From Balanoglossus misakiensis (Eukaryota > Animalia > Hemichordata), in the NCBI GenBank assembly GCA_040954595.2, contig CM082598.2, positions 1,674,001 to 1,738,000 on the forward strand: 64,000 nucleotides of DNA, in the 5' to 3' direction. Made by a program: the position numbers and the translations under genes. A model generated the notes under the pieces. That model was not told the origin of the DNA, did no database searches, and worked only from the letters and a program-made list of their open reading frames with translations. Below, one piece after another: positions 13,465 to 24,853 of the stretch (position 1 is its first letter; every line of letters begins with the position of its first letter).

Positions 13465-14791
13465 AAAGAAGGGTGTGATTTCTCAAAATCATCGTTAGGT
13501 CAAAGGTGAAACGACTACCGAGTGATCATGCTGAAGTGCGATGTACTTAAGGTTTATATCAAAGGAACTTTTACTATCTTCCGGCAACTCTTCTACTTAT
13601 ATGTGAAATGTATGTATTGATGTTACTTTACGGTCATATACGAATTTAAAGTCATTTTTGTCGTTCTATTTGTATCCAGAGAAGAAAGTACTTTTCTGAT
13701 ACTTCCATGAAATTATAGCGGTAACATTAAGAACTGCAACCAATTTTATGATATAAATGTACGTCTTTGTTTATAGTCATGAAGTGTACAATGTTATTTT
13801 AGATAATAAAATTATCAAATTCATCTAAAATTAACATGAATACTGCAGGATTTTCTTCGTCTTTTTATTATAGTTTGTTTTCTTAAAAACATGAGTAGTC
13901 GACCTTATTGCCCACAATGCAATTGTGATGCACAGTGACCTTTAGCACGACGTGTATAACAGAAATCTGTGGTAGCGAGAACTCTATACACTAAAGTCAT
14001 CGTACTTTATTCTTAAAATATCTCTTACTCAGTTTCATCATAAATCTTACTAATCTCTGCCTACGGGCTCAGTGGGCTGACTTGTATATTATAAATTAAA
14101 TTATTATTTCAAAGTGTAAAACTGATACATTGCTAGGATAAACGCGTTCTAAAATAGCCTCAGATGGCACAGTGGTTTGGTGTTTCCATGTGATGGATTG
14201 TTGTCCTGGGGCTGTTTATCACATGTGTTCTTAATACATTCGGTTCTTCGAGTCCTCGGCCCATGCAACAATAGTACAATCCATTCCAGAAACCAACCCC
14301 GCTTGCCGAGTGTCCAAGATCTTAGCGATAAGAATTTACTTGTTCATTTGCAGTTGAAGATACTCGTCAAATTTTGTAAAACCCCAAGGCAAGTGATGTC
14401 TTATATGTTTTTTTTATTTTGAATATTACTCGTAGCTGTAAACTGAGAGATTTAGCGATATGATTATAAAAATTTTCCTCCTGTTGAGTATAGGATGATG
14501 TCTAAAGATTAAATTTCAAAATCTGGGGTCTTTCTATTAGGTAACAAACCGAGAGAGCATGCATTGTCGTTATCATTTGTGGCATATAGTTCCTCGCATC
14601 GTGTTGGGAATAAATCATTATAAAATTCTCCTGTAGTCAGGAACTCAAGCATCTTCATAAATACAATGAGTACCCGAAAAATCAAACAAGAATCTCCGCC
14701 CATTCTATGTCCTTTTCCAGATCCAATCCTTGCTGTCCGCCACTGGAAAGTCGTCAGCACCTTTTCCCAAACCCATCTAGCGGAAGTGCAA

Positions 14792-16416
14792 ATGGCGCTG
14801 CAGAGATTACCCATAGTGCTTGTCATCGGCGTAATGTGTGTTACTCACGCAAGTTGTAAATTAGGTAAATAGACTCTACAGGTCATGTTTATGTATATCA
14901 CTCAAATATCCTTTCGAGATTGTGCCATATAAATCAATTATTCCAAATGGAAACATCTTCACGAAGCGCATTTTACAGTTTCCATGATATCGAAAAATTA
15001 CAGAAGTGACCTATGACCCAAACGACTTCTACGATTTTCACGAATGCCTCCATGTTTAACAATAGATCAGCCGTGGCTAAAGTATTCCCCTACAAACAGT
15101 TGTGTTATTTCTAGTTTACATTTACCTTCTGCAGTCAATGTTGCCCTTGGAAAAGACATTCGTGGTCGAGGAAGGGCAGGCATCGAAAATCTGCTCGATG
15201 GTGACCCTGAGACGTGTAGAAACAGTGTGAATTTGCGAGACGATACCGTGACCATTGACTTATCCAAACCATTTGAGATAGGTCGCGTTAAACTGTATCT
15301 GGACAGTACACTCAGTAAGTGCATTCCAGTATTTTTACTGCATGTATTCGGTGTTTTCATTTGCAACTGGAGTTTTCTGAAAATTGTTTTGTATCAGAAT
15401 AACCCATAACATAGTGACAACACTGTTACCTTGCATTTCGGTATAACAAAACTGAATTTCTGAACTTTGTGTTTGGACCACAGCTACCGATGGCAAAGCA
15501 AAGATTCGTGCTGGCAACAGTACCCGTAGTAGGAAAAATCCTATCTGTACAAACATCCGGAAGAAGGGAGATAAATTGTACATGATGTCAAATTGTGATG
15601 CTGTGGCTAGATATATTACCGTGCAGAAAATAAAAGAATGGGGTTCGGTGTCACTCTGTGAAATAGAACTGTATGCCCCGGGTAAGTTATGTTTTGAAAT
15701 CAAATGGTACATCTCTAGGTGGACAGGGTTTTGATGGAGTTATTAAAAAGCAGATCAGAATATTGTTTCTTTTTCCACGGGGATTACAGCGATTATTCGT
15801 ACCATTTTCACTTCCAGCGTGTGAGTACACTGTACACCTCACCGATGTTTCTAAGCGCAAACTTCTGACGGAAACTTCAGAGAAAACAGCGAGGGGTGTC
15901 GACGGCTCGGATGTCAACACTGGCGTGGCACTCGCACCGGAAGTTCCCGTTCTTCGGGCAGCAACTCGATATCAACCATCTTGGAAAGTGGACTTGGAGG
16001 GAATATTTGATGTTTATCAAGTGGTTATCTTCAAGACACAAGAATGTTGGTGTAAGTAAAAGTTAGTTCTCTGTCTGTTCTATAGTCTTGCCTAAAGTCT
16101 TTTCTCTGAACACTGAAAATACATGTAACTGTTTTAAGACGAGGGTCTGTTGTTACAAAGCTCCTGTTTCGTTGTCTCTGCAGATTACCCAATCATGGAT
16201 GTTGAAATCCGTGTGGGTGTCGACGACGATTTCGCGAAAAATCCGGTCTGCCGGGAAGCGGTAGAGTGGAAGGGGAGGGGATCGAGAAGAGAGAAGGTCA
16301 CCTATCAATGTGGTTGTGAGACGCCAATGAAAGGGCGTTATGTCAGCGGGGAGTTGAAGTCATTTTCGAGGAAAATGTTTCACCTCTGTGGTCTGAAAGT
16401 GATGGCTCTTACCTAG
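14792..16416 (+). CDS. Secreted tandem two-domain F-type-lectin-like protein (paralogue B)
   Basis: Exons 14792-14864, 15135-15314, 15484-15681, 15818-16051, 16184-16416. Same phase-1 structure and motifs as paralogue A (NVALGK, LLDGD.ETC, KIRAGNS, YQPSWKVDL, CGCETPMKGRYVS). Confidence 0.87.
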
Positions 16417-17549
16417 ATGATGATGATGATGATGATTTAATTATACCTTTTACCAATTTCTTCTGACTAATGATAGAAATCGTTGCGAATAAGTTTGTGG
16501 AGGCAAATAACGGTATATTTACTGTTATGGCCCTTCAAATATGTGAACTAACTTGGAATAAACTGCCTATACCATATTCACTTGCCTGTCCAGATTTTAT
16601 TACCTGAATGATATATGTTTTTGTTGAGTTGGATTGGTTGATGGTTTATAGCTGTCATGCTGAGTGATTTACGACGGTCTGACGTCATCTATAAGCTTGA
16701 GCCAGTCCTGTCCACATGGTTTATGAACCAGCTAAGTGGTGTATATAAATATATCTGTTGGTAAAACAGATTGCAGTGTCGTCCAGTTGTGATTGATAGT
16801 TGTTGTTTCAAAGACACATGTTTACAAAGCGTGGGTAACTAATTGTCTGTAGCAGCTGTACAAGTTTCTTGTGAACAATGGGTAACAGGCGACACCACTC
16901 AGAAGTTTGCGCATAATGAGGAAACTGTTCCCGAAGGACTTGAGTGCGCAGGTGTAGAACTAGAAGCCTGTGTACAAGTCTTTGAAGTGAACGTTCGCGT
17001 CAAAACCATCTAGTAGTCAAATCTTTGGCGCAAGGTAAGCAGATTAATACCCATCTTCATCCCCAGGGATCCTTCCCAAAAGGCCACTAGTCTAGAGTAC
17101 ATGTACGTGTTGTTGCTGCCCTTAAAATGAAACCACGCCTGGAAGTTTCGGAGCGTTTACGACAAAGGGGTGGCGTGGCTACCGTGTAAGGTTACAGTGA
17201 CGAATACACATAGAGCCAAAAGTTGGGTATTTCAAAGACTAAACTGGGCCTAAGCTTTGGAGTGCCGTCATTGACGCTAGTAACATCTAAAAGAAGAACC
17301 ACTTATCTACATGTCTGTGACAAGAATAGAAGACATTCTAATTAATTAGCCAAAGACAAACAGATGTGATCGCTTTATCTCTTGATCGATAGATATCACA
17401 CCCAGCGTGTGGCGTGGTTGATTATTGATTACCGGTGTTCAAAAACTTGCCTCGTAAAACCAAATACAAAATTGAATGATGTTAACGAAATCTGTCTTTT
17501 TATTTGTTAGATCGAGTCCGTGGTTCAAGTCTGTGAAAAACTGAACGTG

Positions 17550-19323
17550 ATGCCAACTTTCACGTTGAAGCTACCCTTTGTGATTGTCACTATTATCATT
17601 TTGGCGTTGGTACGCGCGGAACGGGAGCACAGTAAGTGTTGGTGGCGAAAATCCCTTTTCTTTTACAGTGTACCTTGAAAAACAGACAACTTTTCGCTTA
17701 ACTATCAATCTGCCTGCTTTGTCATTCTAGTAGAAAACATTGTACATTGGTTCCACTATAAGGCTTTTATAGACACCATGTTACACTTTATTTGCAGTCA
17801 ATGTTGCCACTGGTAAATTCATCAAAGGTCGAGGTGGGTCAGCCCTGAAAGTGTTGGTCGATGGGAATCGTGACACATGTATTCCAGCCAGAAAAGTGAA
17901 AATCATAACGATTGATCTCGGCAGACCATGTGATGTTGATCGAATCAGAATACGTGTAAACCAAATGCACGGTAGGTATTTTTTGTTGTTGTAAGTGGAC
18001 ACTTATAGGAATGGCACTGTGCAGTTTGCTGTCCTAACAATAGACAAGATGGCGGCGACCATAGTCAGAGATTGGGAAAAGATAAAAAATGGATGAAAAG
18101 AAGGGACAAAACTAAAGTCTACTTGAATGGTGCGCATGGAATATTGAAGTGAGCGAAGGCAGTCCACTAACTTGATTATACGTATGAACAACTGTTTTAT
18201 AGAAGACTACCCCAATGTGAAGATTCGCGCTGGAAACACCACCAAGGCGAGTGGAAATATATTTTGCTCGGTGCATCGATACAGAGCAGATGGCATCCTT
18301 CTGGGCTTAGACTGTCATGCTGTGGTGAGATATATTACCGTGCAGAGGGTTGGGAAGGTTGGAACCTCATCCATCTGTGATATAGAAGCCATCTCTGAAG
18401 GTAATATATCATTGCGATATTATCTTACTGTAATTATGAAAATCTGAAAAAATGGTTAATTCCGGATCTGTTAATGCTGGGCTTCTTTCATACTTTTAAT
18501 ACAGTATGCAAAGTGCCAGTGCCACTGGTCGATGTTTCCGAAGGAAAATTTGTAACGGAGACATCAGACAAGTTATCTCGGGATTTGGATGGTGCTGTGG
18601 TAGCAACTGGAAGTAGAAAGCACAGATCATACAGTGTCAGGGGTCATGCAAGTGGCTTGTTGGAAGCAGGCGTGAATGACATGGGTGCCAACTTTGTCTA
18701 TCGGTCCAGCAAAGTGTACCAACCATGGTGGAGACTGGATCTGGGAGAATCCTTCGATGTTTACCAAGTCGAACATACTAACACGGATGAGTGTACTGTT
18801 GGTATGTAACATGGGATTCAGAATTTCTGGTTGATAATTATTTGTAAGCTTGGTTCCAGTTGCAAAACCCCTAATGATGTAGTAAGCAATTTGCTGGACT
18901 CTTTAACAGCCCTCAGTTGAATGTAAACTATTGTTTTGCATGCACATGTACTCAACGATAGAGGCGGATGAATCTAGATTACAAGTTGGTAGCCACCACT
19001 TTGTTTTGCAGCGCGATCCAATGTAGTGTACCGACGCGTTCTCAGGCCAATCAGAATTCAGAAACTCACGCATGGCCACTATTGTGTCCCATGCAGGTTA
19101 TCCAATCCTAGATGCTGAAATTCGCGTCGGTGATGACGGCGACAATTTCAACCGTAATGCCATCTGCGGAGAGATAATACAGCGCCGAATGGTTGAGAAG
19201 GAGAGATACACGTTTCACTGTGGCTGTGGGGAAGCCGTCAGAGGGCGATATGTCAGTGGCAAACTTAAGAGCCCAACAAACCAGATGTTTCACATCTGTT
19301 CGCTTCGGGTGATGGCAGGTTAA
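17550..19323 (+). CDS. Secreted tandem two-domain F-type-lectin-like protein (paralogue C)
   Basis: Exons 17550-17631 (MPTFTLKLPFVIVTIIILALVRA), 17798-17971, 18203-18400, 18505-18801, 19097-19323. Motifs NVATGK, LVDGN..TC, YQPWWRLDLG, EIRVG, CGC..GRYVS. Confidence 0.87.
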
Positions 19324-19410
19324 CCCTTTCACCCCAGTTCCTGCTTTAGAGGTCCAACATATTATGGAAAACAATGGGTTTGGACCAAACCATGGTTATG
19401 AAAGGGTTAA
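19320..19410. mobile_element. ~90-bp TTAA-flanked MITE (piggyBac-type ends), copy 1
   Basis: TTAA-CCCTTTCA...TGAAAGGG-TTAA; the interior is homologous (reverse orientation) to the copies at 32174 and 35681. Confidence 0.8.
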
Positions 19411-19855
19411 ATACACATAATGGGAACACATGGCAGCACGTTATAAAATATTTGATTCATGTGTTGCTATTTATCAACCTTCCTTCTCAACTTTGTTTTC
19501 ATAAATACCCATGAAGTTATCCCCCACCATTTGCCTTCTCACAATGTTTCAATTCTTGGATCATCTTTTCATCATCCCATTTACAGCAATAAACCCACCA
19601 TTAAAACATATATAATGTCTATGTATGATTTCGTATGTATGAACCTAAATCTTCATTAGCGTGAAGCTATACTTCACTTAACCAGTGCTTGAACCTTGGA
19701 AGCGGCTTATTAAAATTATTTTGGCCATGAAAACAATTGCGGCTCCCCTCCGAAGAAATAAAATCGTCCAGGAAATTATGTGTTCGCTGATAAGCATGAT
19801 AAGTTTTCAGTTCTGTCGGAAGTGATACCATAGTGACTTGTTCGTTGAAACCTTC

Positions 19856-21021
19856 ATGAAAATGGCAAACTCTTACGGGGTACTGGTTATCGCGGTGATA
19901 TTGCTGGCAGGCAAACGCGTATGCGCTCAGGAAACTGGTAACAGCCACAGGGAGTGCTCGTACACCCTGACAGCACCGTCAGAGGAGGGTCAGTGTCCGC
20001 CTCTGCATCATATGCTGGGTTGTGACGAACACTCAGGCGAGACAGCGTCCACGGGAAGGGTGACTGCCCTGGAAGAAGAGTTGGAGGCGCTGAAAGTAGC
20101 CGTGGGCGTGCTGCGAGAAGAACTCGACGCACGGAAAAAAGATTGTCGTTGTGAGGCTGTGAACGATATTTCAACAACTGTCAGTCCAGCACCCCAGGGT
20201 AAGCAGATAGCTCCGTTTCATGTTCATGAAAATAAGTGGCACGGCAAGTAGCCTTGAACCCGTGTGACCTGTGGCAGAATGATTGAGGGCTTTATAAGTT
20301 GAAATGAATAAACAAGCAAAGCCTAAAATCCGGTTCATGCAGAACAAACATTTCGCAGAATCCGTTTCCTGTAAAACTGCTGGCCATATTACCATGGTTA
20401 CAGTGACAACAGGACAGGCCAACAGGAACAGTAATCGTAACTGTTGGTAATATTTTCCGTATTAACATCCTGTTTATCCAATATACTTCCTTGTTCCACT
20501 CCCTACGACATGTTGACATGCGTAGTGTTCAGATGGTCGACAGTTGAGTTTTTGTCCGGACTAAAATTCAACTGTCAACAATGCCGTTGCTCTTTACCCA
20601 TATACACCGAGTACTTGGCGATTTTAACATGCTTTATAGCGATTAGACCAAGAAATTATTTGTTGCACAGAATAAAACTGCTGAAAAAAACACCAAAATT
20701 ACTGAACAGTCCGATAAATGCCAACCACCCTATTTTTCAGCTTTTCACGTGATGAGCCACGAAGGACACTATAAGCTGACGTTCGCCGAAGCGGCCGCAG
20801 AGTGCGTAAAACACGGGGCGAGAATGGCTTCCTATGAGGAACTCTACCGGGCTTGGGAAAACGGCCTGCAAGTTTGCGCTGCGGGATGGCTGACAGACGG
20901 TAGTGCTCGGTACCCCATGCAGACGCCCAGTGGTCCTGGCTGCGGCAATCGTCGAGGTATTATCAGCTGGGGCTTCCAAGACCGAAATAACGAGTACGAC
21001 GTTTATTGTATTCACTGCTAA
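19856..21021 (+). CDS. Secreted protein: signal peptide + CSYT..CP motif + coiled coil-CxC + Link (Xlink) module
   Basis: Exons 19856-20198 and 20741-21021, phase 1. Exon 2 is a typical Link module: FHV..GHYKLTFAEAAAECVKHGARMASYEELYRAWENGLQVCAAGWLTDGSARYP..GPGCG..GIISWG..YDVYC. Confidence 0.9.
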
Positions 21022-21553
21022 CTGTGGGCATGCTTTCTCAGTGGCATGTTCGCCTACATTCATACTTACGACAGTCAATTACTAGTAGTGTTAATCTGAA
21101 GATATAACGCCGTTTGTATCATATCACCAATGAAACATTTTTAGTGTGATATTACATAACATTGGCTGGTGTAATTATTAACGGCTTCTCGTTGTACGCA
21201 ATAAAGTTTATGCATATTAACACCTGTCATTTCAGTCTTATCAGAATAACTACACTGTATGTCTTCTTAAAGTGTAAACATGTTTTCTTTCAACTCTCAA
21301 CTACACTGAGCAGTACACGGAAATTCGTGTTTTACTATCAGCTGTTCTGATAATCGTAGTTGATACACAACATTACCCGGAATCCGAGACAAACAAGACG
21401 TATTGTCTGTTTAAACAGCTTGACCATGCTGGCGGTGTGTCGTAGGAGGCAACCTTGCTATTTTATTTAATTTCCGGTATACCAAGAAAAGATATAGCAA
21501 TTACCGAGTCCTGCTACCGCCCTCTTGTCAAAATGGAATGACCCAGGCGAATG

Positions 21554-21560
21554 TATAAAG
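21554..21560 (+). promoter_or_regulatory. Candidate TATA box of the LamG gene
   Basis: TATAAAG about 60 nt upstream of the ATG at 21615. Confidence 0.4.
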
Positions 21561-21614
21561 TTCGCTGTGGGGAAAAAGTTTCGCAAAGTTTGCTCAACGG
21601 GCATCCGAGAATCA

Positions 21615-23344
21615 ATGAAAATGGAAATCTATCGTTCGCTGGTTTGTCTTCTGCTGGTCGTCGCGGTGATCACACCAAGCAGACTATTCGTAAATTCGCA
21701 GAACAGTCCTGCATTTAGGAGGATAGCAGCGTTGGAGGAAGAACTGCAGACCTTCAAAGATCTTCTGACCGAGCTGCGTGAAGATTTCGCAGCATGGAAG
21801 AGAGATTGTCCGTGTGACCAAGACAGTGGTGAAGGCCCTTTAACGCCATTTGGTAAGTGGTTCTTTACATTGTGGCGTCTGTTAGCGTAGCCCTATCGGC
21901 AAGGCTGTCAAACCTGTTCTGTGGACAATCTTGGAATACCAGTGTTCTGTGCAATTTCTCTGGTGTCTTCTATATAACTGAAAATGTTGGTGAGCATTAT
22001 ATTATTGAACTAAACCCCCTCTCCCTCTCTCTCCCTGTAGATCGCATATTTGCTGACAATGTGATAGCCAACTTCAGTTTCGAAGGCAATGCCAACGATT
22101 TATCCGGCAACGGTCACCATGGCAATGTAATTAATGGCGCAAGCTTTGTACCTGGGGGTGTCTCAGGCCATGCCGCTAGTTTCCTTGGCAACCAGAAAAT
22201 CAACGTAAATACTTTGCGCAATTTCGACTGGGGCTCAAGCTTCTCCGTCAGCGTTTGGTTCAAGAGAACTGGTCAGTGGTCGAACTACCAAGGTATCGTT
22301 TCCAATGGTTACCACTCCACCGGAAGTTGGGAATTGCGCATGGGCAGGGAAATGTCTGGTCAAATGCTGGGCGGGGGTGTCAATACCCAAAACAACCCAC
22401 AGACGTGGAATTATATCAACCTCCTCGCTGAGCAGAATTCTTGGCATCACGTGGTCATGACGTATGATGGTGAGACACTGAACTATTACCTTGACAACCA
22501 GAGGCAGGAGGGCGGCCAATCGTGTTGCCATGGCGACATGTTAATAAAAGACACACCCCTGACCATCGGACAGGCCGGTGTTGGGAAATCTAATGAATTT
22601 TTCTATGGTCTCATCGATGAACTTGCTATCTTCAGCAAAGTATTATCAGCCGATGACGTCAGCGTCATTTATGAGTCGCTAAATCCGGGCGATTGTTCTC
22701 CGGACCCGTCACTGATCGCTTACTTCCCTTTCGACGATTCCTACAACGACGAAAGTTGCCACAGAAGGCCGGCCACTGGCGTTGGTGGCGTCAGCATCGT
22801 GGGTTCCGACAGTATCGCTGGAAACTCTGCTTACTTCACCGGCAACGGTAAAGTTGACGTGGACTTGTTCAGAGATTATCCGTGGGGAAGCCAGTTTACA
22901 GTGAGTGTCTGGTTCAAGCGGACTGGGGCATGGAATACCTACCAAGGCATCGTTTCCAATGGTTACCACACGCATGGAAGTTGGGAAATCAGAATGGGGA
23001 GGGAAAATTCGGGTCAGATGATCGGCGGAGGCGTGGTGACAGCCGACAGCAGCCGTACCTGGGATTATGTACATTTGACCGCCACTCAAAACCAATGGCA
23101 CCACGTTGCTATGGTCTATGACGGTTCACACCTCATGTACTACATCGACAACGTCAAACAAGATGGCGGAGAGTCTTGTTGTCATGGCGATATGATTGCG
23201 CGTGACACTCCCTTAACTATTGGCAAGGCGGGAGTCGGCAAGAGTGACGAATATTTCTATGGTTTCATCGACGAACTTAAGCTGTTTAGCAGAGCTCTTA
23301 GTGAGTCAGAAATCGGAGAAATTTACACGCAATTTGCTCAGTAG
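21615..23344 (+). CDS. Secreted protein: signal peptide + coiled coil-CxC + two tandem LamG-like (concanavalin A/pentraxin fold) domains
   Basis: Exons 21615-21852 and 22041-23344, phase 1. Two highly similar repeats: F.F....ND.S, FSVSVWFK, WHHV.M.YDG..L.YY.D, L.IG, FYG.IDEL..FS..LS. Confidence 0.9.
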
Positions 23345-23684
23345 GTGAAATATTGTGAGTAGTATTGATGAGCGCCTCTGAACAACTTTTTTGGCCATTG
23401 ATGCTGTATAACTTTTCTTTGCACATTTCATTTTTTGCATTTATCATGTATACAATAGCCAGCTGCGGGATAGAGGGACACATTATATACACATGATTTG
23501 CTCACCAAGTATTCGTCTTAACCCGCAAAGGGATTTTTAATTTACCCCAGATTGGCAATTTCAAAATGGTTTCAAAGAATTCCATGCCAAGACAGAAATA
23601 TACGCTTACGTGAATAAAAATTGCGTTAAAAAATCATTGTCTTCGGTTGGCACTGATATTGGTACCGAGCCTTTCCACGCTGTC

Positions 23685-24054
23685 CTAGGGGGTGGGATCT
23701 GCCGAAAAAAACAACGAAATTTGTATGAAATGAAATGATTTTTACACTAGTCTTTAATATAGAGTGGAACAGTAAGGCTACTGAAACATTTCCATTAAGC
23801 CCAACAACACATTGACGCGTTGATTCTGGTGGACCCTTACCTGCAAGTCGTCGCTTGTTGCGTCCCTGGCGCAGAAGTCCGATATCGGAGCAAAAGAAAT
23901 TGTCCAAGCCATGTATATACATTGGTCTTAATTTACACATGAGCGCCAGCTCGTCCCAGTAATTGTCACGGAAGATGCGGGTCCCATTTGTCACAGGCAC
24001 GAGTGTGCACATTACGGCTATTGATAAAACTAGCAGCAAAGATTGTGACTTCAT
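23685..24054 (-). CDS. Small secreted peptide precursor 1 (two Cys, G-R-N-K-R processing site)
   Basis: Coding exons 24054-23841 and 23698-23685: MKSQSLLLVLSIAVMCTLVPVTNG-TRIFRDNYWDELALMCKLRPMYIHGLDNFFCSDIGLLRQGRNKRRLADPTP*. Non-coding first exon donor at 24186; TATA at about 24253-24260. Confidence 0.75.
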
Positions 24055-24185
24055 CTTGTCAGCCTACATGTTGGAGATAAAATGTCTGAAATATTAGACG
24101 TTCGGCAATATGCATGCACTGCATACATACATGACAAACACGATATCAATTGTTCATATTTTAGACAGTAAAGCTCTTGGCTTAC

Positions 24186-24293
24186 CTTAGTCTAGCTCGA
24201 ATGGTCCTCTCCAAATAGATCTATCGCAACGGTCAGCCATCCATTTATGGCATTTTTATATTGTGTGTTGGGACATTCACGCAGGGAATTATC
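24186..24293 (-). promoter_or_regulatory. Core promoter and 5'UTR exon of peptide gene 1
   Basis: TATAAAAA on the minus strand about 70 nt upstream of a GTAAG donor; the sequence aligns with 25658-25770. Confidence 0.65.
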
Positions 24294-24853
24294 AGAATCG
24301 ATTTCAATATGAATAGACGAATTTCAGAATTCCACGAAACCTTGCGTGGCTAGCCAGTTAGTTTCGGATGACATTCTCGTGTGACATAGGACAAACAACA
24401 CACGGTCCAACTTTCCCATTAGTGCAAATCGAACCACGCTCATATCATAGTAACGGTGTCATTATAATGTGTTCAATATGGTACTTTAAATTATAATTAG
24501 CTTTCTTAGCCATAAAAAACATGCCATTGTCATCACTCTATAAACAATCAGGATTAACATTAATAACCATGGAAACAAATTGATCAGTAATGAGCTGGTT
24601 TCCAAATATCACGCCATTATTGGCATTAAGCGAAACTTTTATTTGGTGCTGTTTACCTTTTTGTACTTTTCATGTTTTCCATTTATTGTGTATGTAATGG
24701 TCAAGATCGGAAATAAAACACGATTTTCTCACTGATTAATCTGCATAACCCGCAAAGGGAGCTTTATTTCAATCTAGATTGACAACTCACAAAAGGGATT
24801 CGGTAATATAAGCATACAGAAGTAAAAATCCCGTTTGAAATCTGCGTTTGAAG

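Noticed and set aside
21857-22040. N-terminal 61 aa of the 495-aa ORF as its own signal region
   Set aside because: Lies between a GTAAG donor (21853) and a pyrimidine-rich acceptor (22040); it is an intron that happens to be open.
23626-23840. Unspliced 142-aa version of peptide precursor 1
   Set aside because: Strong CAG|GTAAGG donor and a poly-T acceptor at positions homologous to the paralogue; the tail looks intronic.
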